Part shown: in pieces, positions 18,901 to 25,400 of the stretch
Numbering within the stretch: the first letter of the stretch is position 1
How the letters are laid out: each line of letters starts with the position of its first letter
IMG/VR virus record: IMGVR_UViG_3300037308_000195
Span: 1-26,601 of that record
Strand: one strand, 5' to 3'
DNA from: a virus
Lineage: Duplodnaviria; Caudoviricetes
Length of the DNA: 26,601 nt
The notes under the pieces: model-generated
What the model was told of the DNA's origin: nothing
Seen by the model: only the letters and a program-made list of their open reading frames with translations
The model's database searches: none
Program-made: the position numbers and the translations under genes

Positions 18901-20327
18901 TCGCGGTCAAGACGCTTGAGATCAAGGTCGCAACCGAGGTTCCGATCGAGATCAGCAAGGCCGACATCGCGGTGTACGAGGCGACGATCCGCGGTCTTCA
19001 GATCAAGACCGAGACGGATCGGACGCTGGTGCAAGCCTACGGCGCCCAGATTCAGGCGCTGGGCGAGTTGACCCGAGCCCGCGCGGTGGACACGGACATC
19101 TACAAGGCGACGGTCGAAGCCGAGAGGGCCAAGGCCGACACGTACCGCATCGAGGTCGACGCCTACGGCAAGCAGGTGGATGCGTACAAGGCGCTGACCG
19201 ACGCCGCGATCGCCCAGAAGAACATCGAGGTCAAGCTGGCGACCGAGGTTCCCATCGAAGTGTCAAAGGCCAGGGTGGCGGTGTACGACGCGGTCGTGCG
19301 CGCGACCCAGACCCTGTCCGATGTCCAGCGCATGCGCATTCAGGGCTACCAAGCTGAAGTCGATGCGTATGGCAAGGCGATTCAGGCCAAGGGGCTTGAG
19401 AACGACATCTACCGAACCCGCATCGAGGCGGAGAAGTCGAAGACCGACATCTACCGCATCGACACCGAGGCGTACAAGGCGCAGGTGGATGCGTTCGATG
19501 CGCTGGTCCGCGCTCTTGTGGCAGCCAAGAACAGTGAGATCGACGTGACGCAGAAGGTCCCGCTTGAGCGGCTGCGGGCCGAGATCGAAGCGTTTCGGGC
19601 TTCTTTGCAAGGCGTCGAGACCACGGTACGGGCAGATGGTCTGCAGATCGACCGCTACCGCGCCCAGCTCGACGGGGTAGGTCGTCAGATCGAAGCTCAA
19701 CGAAACGAGGTCGAGGTCTACAAGGCGACCTTGGACGGCGAGAAGATCAAGACCGACGTCTACCGGGCGCAGGCCGATGCGTTCCAGGCCACGGTCGGGG
19801 CGTTCCGCGCCAAGGTCGATGCCTTGGTGGCGGTGAGCAACCAGCAGATCGAGGTCGGCGCCAAGCTGCCGGTGGAGCTTTACCGTGCCCAAGCACTGGG
19901 CTACGAGAGCGTGGTCCGCGCCGAATCGGCTCGGCTGAAAGCACTGACGGACACCTACGAAACAGACGGTCGTGTGTTCGAGGCCCAGACCCGGGCCGAG
20001 TCGGCCAGGGTCGGCGCCGAGGCGGATGTGTTCAAGGCGGACACGGATCGGGTGTCCAAGATCGGTGAACTGAGACTGCGAGCCGCAGAGGTCAACCTGC
20101 AGCGGGCGCAGCAACAGGTGGCTCTACTGATCGAAGCGGTCAAGGCGGGGGCGCAGATGTCGGCTCAACTTGCCTCATCCGCCCTGTCGGTCATCAACCT
20201 GTCCGGTGGCTTGTCGGCGAGCGAGTCCTACTCGACCAGCACGAGCACGAGCAACACGACCAGCACGAGCGACAGCCGCTCGGACAGCTACTCCGAGTCC
20301 AAGATTCAGCCCGATTGGGAAGGGTGA
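15978..20327 (+). CDS. 1449-aa elongated virion protein (Pro-rich repeats plus helical repeats; putative needle/fibre/ejection conduit)
   Basis: Long ORF with strong codon bias, two repeat arrays and a C-terminal alternating Ser/Thr tract. Confidence 0.85.
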   Translation: MPRNTITLNTYPLPILQAPDPWGGNRPSEIVGTGWTQAQAYANVAFNTAQAYISNLSDIAAAAADLPTIAAEIDPVASAITAFAMPTAPARPGGLDITIPDAPTLPTIAAISAIDPGDAPVFDGVLPAVNLDVAAPTALDLTLPAAPDLRDTVLPDAPVIASLAAVAPVDLPDSPAFVAQRPDVNLDIAPPSAFDATLPVPPSINDLTLPDVPEQAIVGSVGALTISDAPAFSATPPTIDLSPTPPSGLSPVLPSAPSINEVVLPPAPTAPVVGSVTMPVIGDVPTLTVAAPTLNFDMTAPAGLNVTLPDVPSINAPVVPSAPSGPVVGSVSGLTVGTAPDFTAAPPELDFDIAAPDSLQVTLPTAPVVRDVTIPDAPLIGDLATVEPLDAGVAPEFTATPPALDLDIARPAALSATVPTAPALDPVVIPGDPTITLPDVPNLRDLVIPTEPDLALPEFTAQLADAPVAPDVSFAWVETPYASDLLAQLRAKLQEWVGGASTGLEAVVEEAIWNRMRDREQRSAAQGVSDVVRQFAVRGFSRPPGAVAVALQRAMQVLNDNTVTASREIAVQQAQLEQTNRQFAFNTALSVESTLIGYTSQIAGRALDAAKFAAQIGIEIFQAEVSGYQAEIQAFAARAEVFRAVLQAELSKLDIFRAQIEAQKLIGDINQQQVALYTARVGAAEALIDLFRSRIQAAQANAEVQRTRIQAYATEVQAYGEQVRAKAAEYDAYATQIRAEVSKAETFKVEADAFASRVQGFTAVLNARTAEKQSETDIKQRLPVEIFKARTEGFRNMLQGLQTQAETDRTRVQAYSAEVSAQGELTRARALDVDVFRARIDAEKSKAETFRLQAEAYGRQVDGYRALTDAMVAQKNVEIKLATEVPIELNKADIAIYDASLRGLQAQTETDRTRVQAYSAQVSAIGELTRARGVDTDIYRAAVDAEKAKADIYRIRVDAYGREVDAYKAVADALIAVKTLEIKVATEVPIEISKADIAVYEATIRGLQIKTETDRTLVQAYGAQIQALGELTRARAVDTDIYKATVEAERAKADTYRIEVDAYGKQVDAYKALTDAAIAQKNIEVKLATEVPIEVSKARVAVYDAVVRATQTLSDVQRMRIQGYQAEVDAYGKAIQAKGLENDIYRTRIEAEKSKTDIYRIDTEAYKAQVDAFDALVRALVAAKNSEIDVTQKVPLERLRAEIEAFRASLQGVETTVRADGLQIDRYRAQLDGVGRQIEAQRNEVEVYKATLDGEKIKTDVYRAQADAFQATVGAFRAKVDALVAVSNQQIEVGAKLPVELYRAQALGYESVVRAESARLKALTDTYETDGRVFEAQTRAESARVGAEADVFKADTDRVSKIGELRLRAAEVNLQRAQQQVALLIEAVKAGAQMSAQLASSALSVINLSGGLSASESYSTSTSTSNTTSTSDSRSDSYSESKIQPDWEG
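16335..17324 (+). repeat. Six tandem 165-nt (55-aa) Pro-rich repeats
   Basis: P-x-(F/L) anchors at 16335, 16500, 16665, 16830, 16995 and 17160 (exact 165-nt spacing). The sixth unit diverges at its end and a partial unit precedes the first. Confidence 0.9.
18093..19946 (+). repeat. Six tandem 309-nt (103-aa) alpha-helical repeats
   Basis: Anchors KQRLPVE 18312, ATEVPIE 18621/18930/19239, TQKVPLE 19548 and GAKLPVE 19857 (exact 309-nt spacing), one Pro per unit. Confidence 0.9.
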
Positions 20328-20328
20328 C

Positions 20329-20676
20329 ATGAGAAGCGCAATCGACGACATCGCATACGGCCTGCGCCGCAACCTCGGCGGAATGGTCGCTGGTCGCGAG
20401 CCCTATTACGGGCAACAGAACCGCTTCACGTTGAACGGCGTGCCGGGGCTGGATGCGGAAGAAGCGTCACAACGAACCGGGTCTGCGCCGCTGCCGATCT
20501 CCAATGCGCCGGTAGCCCGGGGCTTGGAGAAGATGCGCCGTCGTGTGTCGATCACCGATCCGATGACCGAGCGCTTCGTCAATCAGTCGTCCGATCAGAA
20601 TCCATTCTCGATGTCCGAGCGGAATGCGCTCATCGCGCCTTACGGGTATCGCATCGACCAACTTGTCGAGGAATGA
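20329..20676 (+). CDS. Hypothetical protein, 115 aa (possible small ejection protein)
   Basis: ATG 1 nt after upstream TGA (TGACATG), GGAAGG upstream. Fills the operon gap exactly. Confidence 0.65.
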   Translation: MRSAIDDIAYGLRRNLGGMVAGREPYYGQQNRFTLNGVPGLDAEEASQRTGSAPLPISNAPVARGLEKMRRRVSITDPMTERFVNQSSDQNPFSMSERNALIAPYGYRIDQLVEE

Positions 20677-20677
20677 C

Positions 20678-22429
20678 ATGGCATACCCCAACGAGTACGA
20701 AGAAGCCCTTGCCCGCCGCGTGCAGCAGACGATCGATGCCCCTGTCCCGCAGCAAGGCGATGTGCGCGCAGCGGTTGCGCGGCAGGAAGTCCCACGCATA
20801 GCCAGCGAGGGCCAGAAGGTGCGCGCGGCCGTGGCAGCCCAGGAACAGCCCAGGCTGCCCAGGACCGGAGAGCCGTACCGTGACCCTCGGACGGTGATTC
20901 GGCCTGCGCAGCGATTCGCGTTTGAAGGCCCGCCGCAGCGCATGGTCAACGTGTCTAATCCCAATTTTGCAGACGGTGCCAAGACAGCAGCGGCGGCGGC
21001 GCGAGAAGCGGCGCCGAGCATAGGCAGCCCATCAGTTGTCCAATCGGCGCAGCGTGCGGCCCGATTGGCGAGGTCTGCTCCACGTATCGCCATGCCGATC
21101 GATGCGGCGATGCAGACCTACTCTGCCGTGCAGGACATCGCAACCCCGGGCATGAGCCCAGTGGACAAGGCCGCTCGAGCCGCAGAAGGTGTCGGGCGGT
21201 TTGGCTCTACCATTGCCGGGGCCGGGCTAGGCGCCAAAGTCGGCGCACTTCTAGGCCCCACGGGGGCGGTTGTCGGCGGCATCGGCGGCGGTATGCTGGG
21301 AGCATTTGCGCCCGACGTGGCGCAGAAGGTTTCCAACTACGTCACCGGCCGCGACGACGTGCTGCCCAGTGCCAAGGCGGCGGCATTGCGCGATCAGCAG
21401 TCACAGTTGGCTGCGCAACCCGCGCCAGCGGCAAGGCCTGCCGCAGCCAACCCGGCCCGCGACACGTCGAAGTTTCCCGTGGAACAAGGGTTTCAAGGCC
21501 GCAGCCGAGGTCCGGGTGGCGTGCTGGTCAAGCCCGCCATCGACTCCCCCGTGGCCCGGGTCCCCCGCCCGCGCCGCGCCGCCGCACAGCCTGCTGCGTC
21601 GCAGCAAGTGGCGCGCTCGCCAATCGGCGAAAACGCGATCGACGCCGGGGCGGTTCCGGCGCAGGTCACAGCCGACACGTCGGCGGTTCCACCGCTGCCG
21701 GGCCCGCTGTACTACGAACCCAAGTCACTCGATGAACTGGCCGCCCCGCGAACCCCGGTCATGCTGACCGATTCTCGTCAACTGTTCATGGCCCCCAACA
21801 GGCCTGTGATCGGCGAAGGCTCGGCGCAGACCGTTCCCGTCTTCACCAACTCGCGCGACGTGCAAGCGTTCCCTGGTTCCGGGGTTGCCACCGTGTTGCC
21901 GGGCGAGCGATTCAGCAAGGCAGCCGACCGGGCAGTCCCGGTCGACATCGCCGAGGCCGACGTTCCGGCGCTGCTGAAAGCTATCACCCAGGGTCGGGCA
22001 GATACCGCATCCCCACTTGCGGCCAAAGCGAGGTATGAGGCCGCCCTGCAGCAGCAGGAGGGGGCCACGAGGCTGGATGCGGCAAAGATCGCCGCAGGCC
22101 CAAGCTATGCGGCAGTGAAGCAACGAGCAGAAGAAGCCGCAAATGAACTAGCGCTGAAGAGGCAGCAGATTGAACAGGATGCCTACGGCGCGGCTCCTGG
22201 CGGGCAGTTCATTGGTCCAGACCGTTTCACTGTGTACCAAGCCCCAGCGCAGATTTTCAACAAGAAGACAGGCGAACTGAAGCAAGAGGCTGCCGCCAAG
22301 TCGCCGACAACCTCGACAGCGCCGCCTGCCGGAGCGGTGGAAAAGCTGCGAAGCAACCCAAGTCTGGCTGCACAATTCGACGCCAAGTACGGCCCAGGTG
22401 CGGCAGCAAAAGTGCTCGGCAGCAAGTGA
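20678..22429 (+). CDS. Putative internal virion/ejection protein, 583 aa, with glycine-zipper segment
   Basis: GAGGA at 20668-20672 supports ATG 20678. Ala/Pro/Gln-rich, with hydrophobic GxxxG tract GAGLGAKVGALLGPTGAVVGGIGGGMLGAFA and C-terminal LRSNPSLAAQFDAKYGPGAA. Confidence 0.7.
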   Translation: MAYPNEYEEALARRVQQTIDAPVPQQGDVRAAVARQEVPRIASEGQKVRAAVAAQEQPRLPRTGEPYRDPRTVIRPAQRFAFEGPPQRMVNVSNPNFADGAKTAAAAAREAAPSIGSPSVVQSAQRAARLARSAPRIAMPIDAAMQTYSAVQDIATPGMSPVDKAARAAEGVGRFGSTIAGAGLGAKVGALLGPTGAVVGGIGGGMLGAFAPDVAQKVSNYVTGRDDVLPSAKAAALRDQQSQLAAQPAPAARPAAANPARDTSKFPVEQGFQGRSRGPGGVLVKPAIDSPVARVPRPRRAAAQPAASQQVARSPIGENAIDAGAVPAQVTADTSAVPPLPGPLYYEPKSLDELAAPRTPVMLTDSRQLFMAPNRPVIGEGSAQTVPVFTNSRDVQAFPGSGVATVLPGERFSKAADRAVPVDIAEADVPALLKAITQGRADTASPLAAKARYEAALQQQEGATRLDAAKIAAGPSYAAVKQRAEEAANELALKRQQIEQDAYGAAPGGQFIGPDRFTVYQAPAQIFNKKTGELKQEAAAKSPTTSTAPPAGAVEKLRSNPSLAAQFDAKYGPGAAAKVLGSK

Positions 22430-22437
22430 GGCACTGA

Positions 22438-25400
22438 ATGGCCAACGCTTTCGACGAGTTCGACGCGCCATCGCAGGGCGGGAACGCTTTCGACGAGTTC
22501 GACATTGGCGCACCACCGCGCCAGAAAACGTCTGGCATTGGACGCTTGGCGCAGGACACCGCTGTCACAGCACTCAAGGGCGCTGTGCAAGTCCCGCGCA
22601 TGGCCGTGGGCATCGCAGACATCCCGACGGGCGGGCGGGTCGGCAAGTTCCTCGAAAACGAGGGCGGGGCCGTTGGGTTCCGACCCAAGCAGGCGCTGGA
22701 GTACCTGGACACGCTTTACTCGCCAGAGACTCAAGCCGCCAAGCAGGAGGTTTCACAAGCGCAGGGATTCGTGGACACGGCCAAGGCACTGGTCCGTAAT
22801 CCGTCCGTCATCGCAACCGGAATCGGCGAGTCATTGGCCCCGATGTTCGCCGGCGGCGTGCTGGGGCGTGGCGCGCAGATGCTGGCGCCCAGACTCATCG
22901 GCCCGGCCGGCGCCGCAGCCATCGGTGAGGGCGCGATCATGGCCGGCGGGGCGGCGTCGGACATCCGCGAGCAGTCGCCTGGCGGCTACCTGACGCCAAC
23001 CCAATCCGGGCTGGCTGCGGCAACCGGCCTGCTGGGCGGCGCGATCGGCCGTGCTGGCGGGGCGGTGGCCAATCGCTTCGGGATCGGCGACATCGACGTA
23101 GCCGCTGCCCGAGCCATGGGCGCGCAGCCCATCACACAAGCCGTAACGGCGCCGCCAAAGAACATCCTGCGTCGTGGCATCGAAGGTGCAGTGATCGAGG
23201 GCGGGCTGGAAGAAGCCCCGCAGTCGGCCATGGAACAGGCGCTGCAGAACGTGGCGCTCGGCAAGCCGGTCGCAGAGGGCGTGCCGGAATCCACGGCCCA
23301 AGGCCTGCTGCTGGGTGCGCCGATGGGATTCGTCGGCGGCATGCTGCCCAGTCGGCAGCAGCAAGCGCCCCCGCCGCCGCCACAAAAGCCCCCCGCGCCC
23401 ACCGCCGCCGGGCCGTCCATCGACTCCACGCCCGCGCCGGCCGAATTGCCACAACCCGCCGCACAAGCTGCACAACCCCCTGTGCGCCTGCCAGAAACCG
23501 GCCCCTTGTCCAAGACCCTCAACGCCGGCATCGACAGCGGAGCGGTTCCGCCACCCGTGCTCGAGCCCCGCGCCGACGCACTGGACCCCGCGCTGCGCGA
23601 GCAGATGGCCATGGATGCCGCCAGGAAGCGGCAGCGTGCCGACGAGATGGTCATGCGGCAAGAGGTCGAGCCACAACAGACCGAGGGCCAACAAGCCGTC
23701 GAGCCTGTTCAACCCGCCCCGGCCGCAGACATTTTGGACGGGGATCGTCCATTTAAGACCATCATCGCCGCCAGAAAGGCACGCAAGGCGCGCGAAGATG
23801 CAGAGTCGTTGACCCCCGTCAAGGTGGATGGCGGATACGTGCTACGCCGCCCGGAAGGAGGGCCACCAGATGCTGCTGCCATCGATACAAGAGATGCTGG
23901 ACTACCGTTTGCTGACAGTCGAGGAAGCGACCTTGCTCGACCTGAGAGTGCGGGCGAGCCCGAGCAGCTTCTTCAGCCTGCCTCAACCGTTGATCGACAA
24001 GGTGCTCCAAGCGAAGGAACTGTTGCGGTTCGACGAGACGAGCGCGACCAAGCACTGAGCTTGGACCAGCTTAAGCAGCGGGCAACGGATGTTGGCATCG
24101 ACCCGTACCGCATCATGGACGAGGTGGATGCCTTCAGTGAGGACTACGAGGCACAGGCCGCCAGGGCGTTGACCGCGGCGATTGAGGCGACACAACCTGC
24201 CGCGCAACGCCGCGAGACGCCGCCGGCCGCCGCCGGCCGCGAGGCGCCAGCAGTCCGTCTTGATCCAGATCAACCCGTCGAGGTCGACCAAGCGCAACAG
24301 CAAGCGCAACAGGAGACGCAAGATGCAAGACCGCCGCAACCTGCCGCAACCCCCGTGCAGCCCTTGTCAGCGAGCCAGGCAGATGTTGCGCCGGCTCGGG
24401 GTGCCAATACCCCTGCTGCCAGACCAGACGAGCCCCGGCCCGCCGCCGGAGCTGACCGACCCCTCGACGCCGCACCTCAAGCGCCAGTTCCTGTGGAACC
24501 TGTGGCGAGGGAGGATCGACGTGAACCACCCTCAGTTCCAGCCGACCAAGCCGCCAGACCAGGCGTAGAGCCGGTTGCGGCACAACCCGCCCAAGCCGCC
24601 GAGTCCGAACCAGACTGGATGCAGGCCCTGTTTGGCACGCCCGCCGAGGCGCCGGCCCCCGCTCGAGCCGAACCCAATGCAGCGCCCCCGGCCCCCATTC
24701 TTGAGAGTGGCGGGGCAACGGTTTCGCAGGCAGGGGTGCCAAGCGAACCCGAGTCGGTGGGCGCTGCACCAGACCCTGCGAAACAGTGGGGGTCGATGAC
24801 CCTGCGCCAGCGCATCGCCACCGTAGCCAAGGCAGGTCAGGCCGTGCTGCCTCGTCAGACGTGGAACAGCATCCCCGAACAAGCCAGGCAGGCGATCAGC
24901 GCCGCCATGCCCACCCCTCAAGCGGCCCCGCCCGCCACGACTGCAGCGCCCCCGGTATCAGCCGGCGGTGAGTCCGTCCTGTCCTCCGCACCGTCGGAAA
25001 CCGGGGGTGCTGCACCTGTTCCGAAGCTGCGCGACAAGATCGCCGAGCGCAAGGCGGCAGCCGGCGAGCGCACCGCCGCGCCACGCCAGGGCAAGATCGG
25101 CGACAAGCTGGCGTCCGGCGAAGTCGTGCTCACCGCCAGCGGCAGGGCCACGACACCGTTTCCCAAGGTGTTGGTGGGGTCAAACCGCGCAACGACAAAC
25201 ACGGTCAGATCCGCGGACCGATGGTTGCTTGACAACGCGGCGGCCGAGGCGAAAGCGCGCGGCGACGACTTCAATCTGCGCACGTTCCACGCCGATTCGC
25301 AGAGCAAGAGTATCCCGCAGGCATCCAAGGACGCGGCCGAGGAATATCTGTTCGGGCAACAGCCTAGCGTGGTGCCGAGCATCCTCAAGCCGCTGTCATT

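Noticed and set aside
15978-20327. Classical tape measure protein call
   Set aside because: No tail tube or tail-assembly-chaperone genes recognised, and the Pro-rich array is atypical of tape measures; a ruler-like role is not excluded.
20755-20870. Two-copy 20-aa repeat (VRAAVARQEVPR / VRAAVAAQEQPR)
   Set aside because: A real but simple local duplication in a disordered region, with no further structure to interpret.
22444-22503. 21-nt direct repeat as mini-CRISPR or att site
   Set aside because: Only two copies, an 18-nt spacer, in-frame peptide duplication, and no cas or integrase gene in the window.
22398-23812. Track ORFs on + frames 2/3 at 22398, 22505 and 23315
   Set aside because: No SD noticed, Arg/Pro/Ser-rich off-frame composition, and the host frame reads as a normal coding sequence here, unlike the three accepted nested genes.
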